NCBI GenBank assembly: GCA_965285935.1
Contig: OZ260662.1
Span: 20,584,001-20,648,000 of the forward strand
DNA length: 64,000 nucleotides
From: Ophelia neglecta
Taxonomy: Eukaryota
Reading direction: 5' to 3'
Shown: piece after piece, positions 24,501 to 37,215 of the stretch
Numbering within the stretch: position 1 is the stretch's first letter
Layout: each line of letters opens with the position of its first letter
Notes under the pieces: generated by a model
Database searches by the model: none
What the model was told of the DNA's origin: nothing
What the model saw: the letters and a program-made list of their open reading frames with translations, nothing else
Position numbers and translations under genes: made by a program

Positions 24501-26930
24501 GGATGCCCCCTTCCTTCTTTTTCAGAAAGTTTTGCTTAATATGATTCTTTTGACATTCTAATTATTTGATTGAATAAAAATTGGCGGGCATTAACTAAAT
24601 AAAATATAAAGCAGAAGGAAAAACCTTGAAAAAATGGAAAAAACTTGGAAGGGCGGACTTAGCACTGTAGAGTTTAGGGAAATTTGATTTCAGATGCGGA
24701 TAGAAGTAATGTATTGTAGATTTTATGGAGCAACATTGACAAACATATCACATAGCAGTAAACTATTTACACCTTCAAGATATTTGTCCACTTGACACCT
24801 GTGTCCCGCTTCCTATGTATAACTAGTTATACTAAGGACGTAGCGGACAAGCGTCCAGTGTACCTGTGGCCTTAATTGTAGCTCGAACAATAACAATAAA
24901 TAGCTATGGCAAATTGATTTTGTGAATTTAATGTAAAAGTTGAAGACATACACAGTATGTTCACGTGTATGGAAGGAAGTTCGATGGAAATAAATACTCA
25001 TTAATATGGAAAAACATAGCAAAAACATAAGTCTATTTCTTCAGTTTCTTTCGAAATGAAGAAAAACCTATTTCTGCCAGAATAGAAAAAAAAATTCTTT
25101 CCATAGAACAAACGGCATGTCAGAAGATGTTGCCGACAATGTATAGTAAAGTTAGGAGATTTGTCGTGCGCCTTAATATGGCGAAAATTTGCATATACCG
25201 GGTAAGAAATCCTCTTTCAATGTTTAATGACATTTAAGAGTCTTGACACGAAAAAAGGAGTTATCAATTGTTTGTCATTCAAAATAATTCTTTCGGCGAA
25301 CTTCCGTTCAACTAAGACAATTATAACAAAACACACCGTTGTATTCATTTTGGGAATTAGGCAAGGTATTTTCGTCTTCGAATTGAATCAATCGTGTTTT
25401 AAGATATGTATTCTCTCAGGTCATCGAAAAAACTTATTTTTTCTATTTTTTATTCAATAAAACAACCGGCGTTTGGCGCTGTGCCAACATATTTTATACG
25501 CGACCGAAGACCTGCCTGTTTTTTTTTTGACTTTTCACCTTAGCTTATGCATTGTCACAAATATTATTTCTTACAGGTACTTTTCCGTCATATCACATAT
25601 TAAACCAATTTCTAGCAAGGTATTTTCGTCTTCGAATTGCATCAATCGTGTTTTAAGATATATTCTCTCAGGTCATCGCAAAAACTTATTTTTTCTATTT
25701 TTTATTCAATAAAACCACCGGCGTTTGGCGCTGTGCCAACATATTTTATAAGCGACCGAAGACCTGTCTGTTTTTTATTTTATTTTTTGACTTTTCACCT
25801 TAGCTTATGCATTGTCACAAATATTAATTCTTACAGGTACTTTTCCGTCGTATCACATATTAACCAAATTTCTAGAACAATGTATTATCTTCTTTTAGAA
25901 TACAACATTACGGACTACCTTAATCATCGAGGCACATCAAAACTGCTAGCAAACATTTACTTTATGAGAGAAGCTTCAGATACGGAGGTATAGTATGTTA
26001 GATATCAACACAAGTACTTTGATTTATTTATTTATAAAGCTAAAGGAATTAGACCTACATGCAACGAAATACCCAATGTATTACAGTAGTGAGTGTAATG
26101 TGATTAAACATTACAGTCAGACAGAAGGGATAATAATTGATAATTAATAAAAGCAATCAAAAATGATTTCAGCAACTTTTTGCTATGCTCAACGGACAAG
26201 CATATACAAAGTTCATTTGATCTCCGCCCCTTCCTTCCTTCAGATAAAACCGATCTAATGGAATATGAAAATATAGTGTGTGGACTTACAAACTTGCCGA
26301 AAATTGACTTGAAAAGTTGTCTTTTAGCAGAGAACAAGTATTTGTATTTGCACCATAATCTGCTTTCAAATTGAACTCTGTTATTTCCTTATGTTCTTGT
26401 TTATGACCATTTATGCACGTTGGTGTTCATTCAGTATTTCTCACACCACTTGCCTGTTCACAAAACTCAAAATGTAAGTTTATCATACTGGGATGGACGT
26501 AATACAGGACAATACATTAAAAATATAAAGAACTTATGACCTTCAGCTGCTATATGATCAATGTGTGTATCCTTATATGTTAAATAGTCTCCCTTTTCTA
26601 TAGGTTACACCATTCTTCAAGGATATACTAAGCAAACAATATTTAAAATCAAATTGGAGAGTCCGGTTACATTAATAGCTTTAATTCGACTAAAGTTAGA
26701 TTTTTACTCTTAATGTATGCTCAATATAGGATTTATGAAATAAATAATTTAATGAGTATTTTAGTAATCAGTCCTATGCATAATAAACACTATTCCATAA
26801 CGTACATAGACATTTTTAAACATTCCAGTATGAGAAGTTTCGGAAATTCATTGACGAAGTAGTACCATCGGGGAGGGAACCTCTCCCCCAGTCAATATTT
26901 GTGATTGAAAAGCCCAAACATACCTGTTGA
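18556..26930 (+). CDS. HNMT-like methyltransferase copy B, exons 2-7 (18556-18692, 18854-18985, 22190-22283, 23626-23709, 25899-25987, 26829-26930)
   Basis: All introns are GT-AG with a continuous frame: G|DGHFED..HAVEPN..KYDVILIMRMLSYVKDK|VRLLRLAYSLLLEGGKMIII..IAEDLKSAGLIYK..SIFVIEK. This matches the recalled HNMT motifs LSIGGGAG, VVEPS, KWDFIHMIQMLYYVKD and SFIVIEA. Confidence 0.9.
18997..19036. mobile_element. 40-bp CATAGA..TCTATG mini-element (P-element-like termini)
   Basis: Terminal inverted CATAGA/TCTATG; ATTGCAT duplicated at 18990-18996 and 19037-19043; absent from copies C and D. Confidence 0.65.
19218..19428 (-). mobile_element. tRNA-derived SINE
   Basis: Minus strand has A box GTGGTCCAGTGG and B box GAGTTCGAACCC and a LINE-like tail GTTGAAAGGGACGTTAAAACC; 13-bp TSD CCCTGCCCAGGAA at 19205-19217 and 19429-19441. 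Confidence 0.9.
19503..21059. mobile_element. PIF/Harbinger-type non-autonomous element nested in the 19057-21335 element
   Basis: TIR GG(A/G)AGCGTTCATTAT(A/T)TATGGCCGG at both ends, poly-G and poly-C subterminal runs, flanked by CTA and TTA. Confidence 0.85.
25360..25875. repeat. Tandem duplication of ~256 bp at the 3' end of intron 5 in copy B
   Basis: GCAAGGTATTTTCGTCTTCGAATTG..AATTTCTAG occurs twice head to tail; single in the other copies. Confidence 0.9.
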
Positions 26931-27284
26931 TGAGAAAAATATTATCATACAATTTGCGCTGTTTGCTCAATATAATACGATCTTACAGTTTAATAACAAG
27001 TACGTCACTCTATATTTAATTTCCTTCATCCAAAATTGTTATTGATCAGACATTATTATATGTATCAGTTTGATGACAAGGATGATGCGCTGTGAACGAA
27101 TCAACCATGTCTTAACCTTTATTATACATTTTCAAATACCATATAAAATGTTTATAGAAATTAATATCGTTATATTACAAATTGTCATCATTTCTTATTC
27201 GTATGAGAAAGAATCGAGCTTTTTTTTTTGGATCAGGTTGTATTTTGATAGCGAGAAATCGGCGCTATATTGTTTGAAATTATA

Positions 27285-27463
27285 CAAGTGAAACATGTCT
27301 ATTAAGGATAGCCAAGGGACTGGCTTAATGTGACCACATTAGCAAGGTGGCCTTTTAAGGCAGGTCAATTTATATGGTTGTAAATGGAGAACGGCTAGGA
27401 AAGCATGATCTTAATGGGCAGGTGACCTTATTACACAGGTGACCACTAAGACAGGTTTGACTG
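27285..27463. mobile_element. Tc1/mariner-pogo-type MITE
   Basis: Right end GGTGACCACTAAGACAGGTTTGACTG-TA, degenerate left end TA-CAAGTGAAACATGTCT; absent at paralogous sites near 2520 and 44755. Confidence 0.75.
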
Positions 27464-28178
27464 TAAATGCGTTTGCAGGCTTCAAAGATGATTGATCTGG
27501 ACTTTGTCTTCCATGATAGAGATATAAATTAACATTCATAATCAAATTATATAAAATAGAGATAAAACCAAGTCATCAGTAATTCGAGATTATTCAAACA
27601 AACTGTTTTTTTCTTAGGCATAACGTTCACTTTATTCTGATGAGGCTGAAAAAACTATACGAAATACGATTTTTTTGGCATAACTTTAATTAAAATTTAT
27701 TGAAATGGGACAAGTCAAAATCCCGGTATTCTTTACTACACGAATAAAATAATATGTTTTTCTTGAAAGATGGTAATAAAAAATGGATCGCTGGCTTTAT
27801 CCCGACTTGAATTCCTAAAAGCCGGTATAAAATCAAGGAAAATCGTCAGCAGTCTTAAAAGGATGAACTATGTTTGCATTTATTTTTTATTAGAAAATTC
27901 AACAAGAACAGGTGTTTTTGTCTTATAGTCTTTTTTATCAAGTGATGTAAGTAACAATTACCTGTGAAGTAGCTTGATGATTTTGGTATATTATCAGTTA
28001 TCCTATAAAGTAGAGAATACTTGTTTTACGAATAGGCCTATATTGCATCAGTGATTAATCGATTTAGTACGACACCTAAAAATAGACCACATGCGCCCTA
28101 GCGGCAGCACTAAAATAAAACTATGGAAAAGTTGCCACACAGCACCAGTGCTAGGCAGTGTTAAGCATAGTCCTACCT

Positions 28179-28934
28179 GAATTTTGACTGAATAACTTTA
28201 TTTCATTTTTGATCTTTGCCTTTCCGATATTTTTATATAAACCATAACTCTGCGAAACATATTCTTAGGTAGCTCTCACGCTAGCGGTTTTAAACCTTAA
28301 ACCTTAGTTGGGATCATCCTAACCGTTTTGAGCATGATTCAGCTTTAATTAACTCTTGTTTTATATATATTTTTATTTTTTGGATTAACCTTATTTATTT
28401 TATATGTATGTAATGCGTGTCAATCTGTATATGTCCAGCTAGTTGTAATAAGGCTGTTATTAACACTTGTTATTGTCTAATATTGTAAGTAGTATTCTCA
28501 AAGTTTTTTGTTTTGTAGTTATTTGACATGAGTTTGTTATATTAACCATTGTAGTTTCCATTCAACTAAAATGTATGTTTGCTGAAATGTGCTTATTGGT
28601 TAAATAAATATATTTGCTTTGGCGAAGGGAAAGAGGTCTGTAATATTTGAGATAATCTTATGTCTACTTGTGCGGTATATCATTACAAATTTTATTTGAT
28701 GGATTGTTGTGATGAGTGCATGCGAATTAATATTCCATCACTTACTATCAAACATATATGGTGTACTTTTTTTCCCAGTACTCATCTATATATTCAGTGT
28801 TATATTATGGTAGCTTTCACGCTAGCGATTACCTAAATCTTAGTGAGGGTCTCCATGGCCATAATTATAATTTACAATCAATCATTGTACATATTCATTT
28901 TGCTCTGGTCGAATAAATATATCTGAATCTGAAT
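28179..28934 (+). mobile_element. CR1-type LINE 3' UTR fragment upstream of exon 1 variant 4
   Basis: AATAAA plus (ATCTGA)n tail; CTACCT duplicated at 28173-28178 and 28935-28940; empty in other cassettes. Confidence 0.8.
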
Positions 28935-29145
28935 CTACCTCGACGGCGTGGGTGTTAAGCATGGCCTCAATTAGCCGCTCGGCTGGTTTGGCATGACCAA
29001 CAAAAATGCGGTCATCGCTAGAACTTGGCAATGTTGTTACTTAACTGTGCTGCAGTAAAATAACGTTACACATCTAGCAGTGGTACCGAGAAAGCTGTCA
29101 TACCGAACACTCAACGTGATACTTTGGTGAATACACATTGCCGAA

Positions 29146-29281
29146 ATGGATTTCCCGTTTTATTTAGAAGCCTTAAGACAGTTCAATTCTCATACAGAAG
29201 AAGCTGAGTATGATTTTATCAAGCAGCATGATGGTTTTCTACGTATAACTTCCGCTCGAAGATTGCTCAGCTTAGGAGCCG
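29146..29281 (+). CDS. HNMT-like coding exon 1, variant 4 (frame intact, weak donor)
   Basis: MDFPFYLEALRQFNSHTEEAEYDFIKQHDGFLRITSARRLLSLGA(G); 136 nt; donor is GTTCGC. Confidence 0.65.
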
Positions 29282-29384
29282 GTTCGCAAAAAAAATGTAC
29301 CTTATCAATCACTATAAGATAGAACGAGTCCAAAAAGTACAAACTTTTCCCAGCCATATGTTTTAGTATGTGTTCTAGCATTCA

Positions 29385-31280
29385 AACATGTGGACGGACA
29401 GGCTGGCTTCCGGGAGAAGCACGGGATTATTGACAATATTTTTGTGATGCAAGCATTTGCGGAGAAATGGCTGGGTGAGAAACGCCAAATATTTACGGCA
29501 ATGGTGGACTTGAGCCGCGCTGTCGATACTGTAGTACACGCCAACGCGTGGTACAAAATTAATGAAGGCCGGCGTGAGGGGAAGAATTCTCTCATTTTTC
29601 AGACGCATGTATGAAGAAAAAAGGCGGTGGTTCGTGATCAGACTGGTACCCTGGGGAGGAATGGACATGCGGTAACTTGGTACGCCAATGCGATGTGGCC
29701 AGTCCTCTAATTTTTGCCTTCCTAATCAACAATCTTGATGAGGCGCTATCCCGGAATAATATCGACTGTCCTGATTGGGACACACTGGGTGTGGCGCTTC
29801 TGCTTTAAATAAAAACGCTGATGATTGTTTGATCGTTTCCAGTACGGCAGAGGGGCTACAGAGAGGACTTGACATCCTATTAAACTGGTGTAAAGAATGA
29901 CCACTTAAGGTCAACCAGGACAAAACTTAAATCTTCATATATCGCCACGGTCGCAAAATTCCACCGGAAGAGTTGTATTATGACGGCACGAAACTGGAGA
30001 AGGTAGACTCATTCTTATATCTCGGAGTTCTACTGAACTGTAAAAACTCATGGAAAGAGGCCAAATCCAGAACCCTTGGCCAGGCTCGCAAGGCGATGTA
30101 TGCACTGGAAGTAAAACTCCACAGATTGGAATTCACTGTGACAGAAAAGGTTGAACTGTCCAACATTATGGTACTACCAGTCCTGTTATACGGGGCGGAA
30201 CTATTGGGCTATGAACCCAGCCCCCAACTGGACCGGTTTCAATTGGCTATTGTAAAGCATAATCTTCATCCAAAGAAAACAACCACTACCGCCATGATAT
30301 TGATGGAGTTGGGCATCTGCCCAGCTAGTGAACTAAGAGAGAGCAGGGTGGTGGGATACTGGTCCTCCCTGATCGATCCCACACACAGACATAAACCATC
30401 TACCAAGCTATATTTTGAGATGCGAAGTTCGACTAGAGATCACAGGTGGTGCACTGGTGTAAGAGACATATCGTCTCGTCAAGGATTCGGTACGGAATGG
30501 CGGACCAATCAGATCACCAGAAAACAGTCCTTCATGGCTAGATATAAGGACGTCTCCAGAGAGCATACGTTCAAGAACTCCTTTAATATTTGTGTCCAGA
30601 GTAGTAAGGGCGAATTATACCATGACCCTGTGGCTAAGTCCGACGTGGGAGATTCCGCCTGGCATTAGTTAAATCTGGACTATGGTAACGCCTTCACACT
30701 CACCAGGTACCGCTGGAGAAATTGCTACGTGGGGTCAGAAACCTGTAGCTGAAAAAACAGCCCTACTAGTAATAAACCGTGCAATTATTTTGGTTTGGTT
30801 GATGATGATTGCCACTTTTTCCTACAATGTGACAGATTCACTAATCAGCGAATTCAATTAATCGACAATTGTTACAGGCTGGTCCCAACACAGCAGACGG
30901 TGGTAACATACGCTGCTCATACGCTGATATACGCTGTCAATGCGCTGGCCATTCGCTACACATACGCTACTCGTAGGTTCAATACGGTAAGAATACGCCA
31001 CAAATCTGTTTTCCAAATGTTTTTTGTGCGTATGAAAATTATATTATGAGATACTGTAGTACACGCCAATGCGTGGAACAATTCTTACGTTTCTTTTACG
31101 TTTCTCTCATACGTACTAATGTGACAGGGCCTTAAGACTGCTAACGTCGAGATGTCGGAGAATGCTAAACAGATTGGCCCGATACATCCTACAGTGTGTC
31201 AGAATGAAGAAGGATGTTTAGATAGAACTCTGCCGCCAAAGATACATGAATGCACAGGTGAACGACTCCTTTATGGCATC
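29385..31280 (+). mobile_element. RTE-X-like LINE, RT and C-terminus, degraded copy
   Basis: QAGFREKH, MVDLSRAVDT, FLYLGV, VLLYGAEL, DDDCHFFLQC; multiple stops; paralogous to 49075-50735. Confidence 0.9.
30907..31134. mobile_element. Truncated Harbinger-like MITE end inserted in the LINE
   Basis: Absent at ~50587; CATACGCT-like internal repeats; ends TGTGACAGGGCC-TTA; no matching left TIR. Confidence 0.55.
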
Positions 31281-32800
31281 CACCATATGGTCGCCCTGAA
31301 TTAGAGCACTATCATCCATCCCCGATATATAACTGAAGTTTACACCATTTAGATCATCCCCAATAACATGTGACTGACTATTGCGAAGCCAGTGTTCCTG
31401 TAATAAAATTATATCATGACCGTCCATTAAATCACGTAGATATTCCCATCTTGGTTCATTTATACCATGTATATTATATGAGCATAATTTCAGTGTATGT
31501 AGAGCCATAAGGGCTAGCTATTGTTATCTCTAGGCATTATGTACCTTCTGACTCGAACACCATGGGGCCACATTTCTTCATCAAGTAGGCGTTTAAATTC
31601 AGATACACCGACAGTGAGTTTGAATGACTTAAATTTAGCATTGACATTTGAAACGCATTTAAGTTTTATTAACTGGATCCCTAAGTCGGAGACATGATCA
31701 CGAATGTGGCAACCTTCAGTGCTAGCGTCCACACGATAGACAAATAAGTCTCTCTGTGGTTCAGGGGCACCTCGAAATCTGGTGTCGGACTTGGTCCCAG
31801 TTACGGTTTTGTTCTCACGTTTTCTGCGACGCCGTTCATGTTTTTGAAATTCAAAGCCGGCTGATGAGTCAGAAAATCTACTTTGCCGATCAATTGAAAG
31901 ACAGCTCTCAGCCCTCTGAAGTCTATTAAATATTGGTTCCTTATTATGCATTCCTTGATTTGCGTCCATGGACTTTGATTGGGGTCTCAGCGAATCATCG
32001 TGGTGAACTGGACGCTGATGGTTTCTCCCCTTTGGGATATCAATAGGGTACGCACTATCGATAGCAGAGTAGTGTCAAGGCATCTAGTATATCATCAATT
32101 TCGATGGCTTGTTTTGGTCTTATACTCGATCCCTTCCGGCATTTTCTTTGGGCTTATCAGCATTTTATCAAAACTAGACCATAGTTTTTCTTTCGAGTTA
32201 TGAATTGTCGTCGGGGAAAGAAAGCTTAGTACTGCTCTCCGGACATTGTCCCTGGTACCACTTTGAAGACTAAACACTATGTAGGCCAAAAGTGGGTCCT
32301 CAAACTTAACATTGGTGGCATCTGAAGGTGGGGTATCTGGTCTGACCTCCCATTGGCCTCTGGGTTGGAAATGTTATCTTTGTAAAGGGTTTTTGTGACG
32401 GTCTCTTCACGACACTAGGATGTGGAGGTGGGTGCATCCTCAGTATATATCCTGTTGTCATCGAGTTTCTTCACCTCGGTTTCATCACTACCATTGTCAT
32501 TACAATCGCTGGCTGGGTCATCCTCATTCTCATTAATTAGTCTATCAGTAAACTCTTCAAGATTACAGCTTCCACCCAGAATCTGTGAACGGCTTATACT
32601 GGCATGAGCCAAAAAGGAAATCAACACTCTCTTCAAGATCAACAAATCCCTTGAATAATGCTTGTGACACTCGATTAGTGTGCTTTTGGCACAGTCCCCA
32701 ATCAGTATAGATACCCAGTTGTTTCCCTTTAGCAACCTCATAATAGGTTTTACGCTCACTGTTATCTTCACGGGGCCCATCGTCAAGCATCATCATCAGT
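31281..32800 (-). mobile_element. 5' part of a LINE: fragmented ORF1 (Cauli_VI-like domain, acidic linker, AYIVF..KEKLW domain, RRM-like C-terminus) and start of the ORF2 AP endonuclease
   Basis: ORF1 end LFVYRV..SFKLTV..WPHGVRVRRY stops 5 nt before MALHTLKLCSYNIHG..DIILLQEHWL..(R)PYGG, typical APE N-terminal motifs. Confidence 0.85.
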
Positions 32801-34121
32801 TTTAAGAACTATTAGTTCGATTAATAACAGACATTTGATACTACTTGTTTCTTCATTTATTGGAGCGGAACAGTCACTGGCGAGTATTCTTATGTGAGCG
32901 ATATTAAGGTTCAAATGACCAAAAGACGGAAAAAGGCTAATTCTCGGACCAACTGCATGCAATATCCAATCTATGAGCGGGACCTGAGTGTATTCAGTGT
33001 ACTCATATAAATTCTTTCACTAAGCAGAAACATGTCAAAAATTCCGAACATAATGCGCGCACACTACGCAGTTTAGTCTTATAGTCTTCATATGCGTCGT
33101 TAATAATAAATGGTTATGAAAAAATGATTACTTGTAATCATAGTCTGGAGTAAAGTTCTTCAATGGTCCTTGATTAAACAATGACTTTAGTGTTGCAAGA
33201 GCAAGATTGAACCTGTGCTATCATTCAACATAGTATTCATTAAAGTCAAGCAGTTTGTTGTGAAATCTCATATAAAGTGTTTGTTGGGTTAGGTTAAATG
33301 TGAGTACTTTTAGGCCCCGCACAACAATCTCATGTCTATCTATCTGTGGTTTGCGGCCTATTTCACCGACGGTCGATGGCCCCGAAGCATGGCTCTGTTG
33401 TATGCGTGTAACCAGGCCAGGTCCTAATACACATGGATATTATGTATGTATTTAATATCGGGATTTAGCGATAGCACCGCATGTCACTTTGGAGCTCTTA
33501 CTCAGGACGTCCATTCATCCTTGGCATACTTGCTCATTATTGCCTGCAGGGGCGTAGCAACCACACCGGATACCCCCGCCATGGCCGGACCACTTTCCCC
33601 AAAGCTAAGATGACTAAATTGCTTGAAATGGGACTATTTGACACCTCATTTTGTCAAATATTCCGGGGGGCGGGCATGCCCCCGGACCCCGGAAGCATTG
33701 CGTCGCACTTTGAAAAAGTCCGGTATAGAATCTAGGAAATCTAGAAGTATGACATATGTTTGCTTTATTAGTCATTAGATAGTTCAAATAAAAAAACTAT
33801 TGTTGTACTTAAAGTCTTTTTTTATCTAGTAGTTATGTAAATATGAATAACCGGTGAAGTAGCTGGATGAATTTGGTTAAGTATCAGTTATGCAACAATA
33901 CTGGTTTTACGAATAGGCCTATATTGGTTTAGTGATTGATCGATCTATTACGATTCCTAAATACTGCCCACATGACTAGCGGCAAGGCTTAAAAAAAACT
34001 ATGGCAAATTTGCCACACAGTATTAGTGCTAGGCATGTGTTTAGCATAGGCTTACCTTGACGGCGGGTGTTTAGCATAGGCTCATTTTGCCGTGATATAT
34101 AGATGAATAAACATTGCCGAA

Positions 34122-34247
34122 ATGGATTTCCCGTTTTATATAGAAGCCTTAAGAGAGCTCAATTCTCATACAGAAGAAGCAGAGTATGATTTTATCAAGC
34201 AGCATGATGGTTTTTACGTATAACTTCCGCTCGAAGTTTAGGAGCCG
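34122..34247 (+). pseudogene. HNMT-like exon 1, variant 5 (frameshifted)
   Basis: 1-bp deletion gives GGT TTT TAC GTA TAA, plus a 9-bp deletion; donor GTAAGT retained. Confidence 0.8.
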
Positions 34248-37215
34248 GTAAGTAAAAAAAATTACCCTATTAATCACTTTATAAGATAGAACGAGTCCAT
34301 AGAGTACTAAAATTTCTCAGCCATATGTTTTGTTCCAAACCAACGAGAGACGTCGGTGGATTATTTTTAGTACTTTCCCATTTTAAATAGAAAACAGAGT
34401 TTCTCACTTTTCATTCCAAAGTGTTGATGGAGGGCAATTTTTTCCCAAGTACTAAAACATCAGTTATCAATAACGGAAGGCGTAATTCTTCGGACAACCG
34501 TCTTTAATAATAGGTTTTTGAAAATAAATGCTGACAGTTTGCTCCAAAAACTTCCCAGGCTCCTTAGTCCAGTGGCAGATCAACCCCAAAAATGGACCAA
34601 CAATATTTTGCATTATTTTTAGGTCGATTTAGGCCTACTGATCAAGAATCTGAGTGATTCCACACTGGCACGCTGGAAGAATTTGAAATATCAAGATGGC
34701 GGTCAAACATGGCCGCCATTTTGTATAGTCTATAAATTGTTGTTTGCACTGGATGGATTATATGTTACAGTACTTAAAATTTGATTAAATGTGGGGGAGG
34801 GGGGGGGGGGAGGGCAGATAAACCTTATTTGTAATTATCAAGTTAATAAAGAACCAACTGACACTGAAATATAGAAAATGTCCGAAAATATAGCCGTCAT
34901 TTATCACCTTTTAGACTGTATATCGCCTGAGGTATATGTCTGAATTAACGGTATTATTTTTAAGAATGAGGGTCATGTTTTCAGAACATATTGTAGTTTA
35001 TCAAGTCTCCACATATCTGGTACATCAGTCTTAATATATGTTTGATATATGTATGGTATTCATATATTTACCCATTACACATGAATCAGATGCTAATCGT
35101 AGTTTATGCAGTCTCATTCATGCTAAATTATACATTGTGATTTAAAAGCGTCATGTACACACCATGTACTAAGAAAAGAAATATAAGATACTATGGTGGT
35201 TATCAATTCTTTCATCAAATAGTCGTGGGGGAGAACAAATGCCAGAAATGAAGGAATTAAGGATTGTAAACTGATAAGTTTACAGTATTTGGAATGAATA
35301 ATTAAATAAGATATACTTCATATTTATACATAAAATAGGGACACACTAGGGCTAGTGGAGTCTAGACACAAGCAAAATAAGACAAACACATGTATTCCAA
35401 GACTTGCACCATTTGCTTTGCATATTCATTTACTGACCTCTGGGGAGCCATCGAGTATTTGCATAATAAGACATCTAGAGTTCTGCGACTTTTCCGCCCA
35501 ACACGCGTCATATTATGACATAAAATGTAACAACATGTACATAAAATGTATCGCAGCAGCAATCTGGGCGTTATCAATAATCCGGCCTTAGGGTTCTCCT
35601 CGCCAAAGTATCCATAGAGACAGGTGCTTATCCCGTGTTACGGTGCCTATTGTGGGCAGACCCATCAAACTGGCAATCTGTGTTTACAGTACAGCACCAC
35701 AATAAATTGTGGTTTTACGTCAACACAACTAGATGCAGCAGAATGCGCTTTGCCGAGCAAGACACTCAAATGAGTTATGACTTCCGAAGACAGTTCAGAA
35801 GGTCGCAGAAGACACTCGAGCATTTTCCTGCACATCTGAGTGGCTGGGTCCTAATAATTAGAACTGAAAGCAATGGCCGACAAGGGTGTTGAATCTGCAA
35901 CCTCAAGATGTTGTTAGTTACGTTTTGCCGCTACCAGATGTAAGCAAAAAAAATGTTGGTTTTAAACAATGGCTGCCCGTTCGAGAATTTAAAAGCCATT
36001 TAGTTCATAGTCGAAGACATCTATAATTTCCCGGTTAACTGAACATTCGCTATACAAGTTTTCATCAGTTTATGTTTGTTTTCATCTGTTCGTCTACAGT
36101 GTTGGCATAGGCCTTCTTTTGTTGCACCTATAAATTATGGTGACTGATACAATTTAATGCCGGGAGTTCGCCGGGTGCTAGAAAAGCGTCCAGGAATGGC
36201 ACAATTGACAGGTGGCATATTAAATGAGATAGAGCTACACTGTACAACGTGTGTTGTGCGAGCCCATCTTGAAAAAATCTGTCTCCTGCAGGTTCAGGGC
36301 ACATCCGGCGAGAAAATCTCGTGTGACGTAATTATATTTGAAGAGCTATAGCCTTGCAATGGTCAACGAGGTCATATGGCTACATAAGGCAGCTAACATT
36401 AAACTATATATAGCGACTCAAATGACACTCCATTCATGTCAATGTATGTGACAAAAAAAACAGTTGCGCAATATAACATTCATACTTATGGCAAGACTAA
36501 TAATTAATACTTATATAATCTAATATTTAACAATACTAAATGTTTATACTTTATACGGCTTTATTGTATTGCACAAATAAAATCATATGTTTTTCTTGAA
36601 GGATTGTATTGAAAAAAGGATCGCTGATTTTATCCCGAGTTGAATTCCAAAGGGCCGGTATAGAATCTAGTAAAATCGTCAGCAGTCTTAGAAGGTTGAA
36701 CTATGTTTGCATTTATTAGTCATAAGAAAGTTCAACATGAAAAAATACTGTTGTCTATTAGTCTTTTTTGTCAAGTGCTGTCAGTACAAAAACCTGTGAC
36801 AAAGCTTGATGAACTTGGTTAATAATGAGTCATGCTATAAAGTAGAAAAACTTGTTTTACGAATAGGCCTTTATTGCTTCAGTGATTGATCGGTCTAGTA
36901 CGAAGCCTAAAAATAGACCACATGCACCCTAGCTACTCGACTAAAGAAAAAACAGTTGCCACACAGTTCTAGTGCTAGGCATGTGTTTAGCATAGTCTTA
37001 CCTTTGAGGGCGGGTGTTTAACATGGCCTCATCCTGCCAATTGGTTTGACATGACCAACTAAAACTGGTCAATGAACTCACTGGAGTTTCTCGCTGCCAT
37101 ATTTACCGTGAATTGGTGGTAACTTAACTGTGCCGCAGTAAAATACACATCTGGTACCGAAAAGCTGTCGTATCGAACACTCAACGGGATATATAGGTGA
37201 ATACACATTGCCGAA

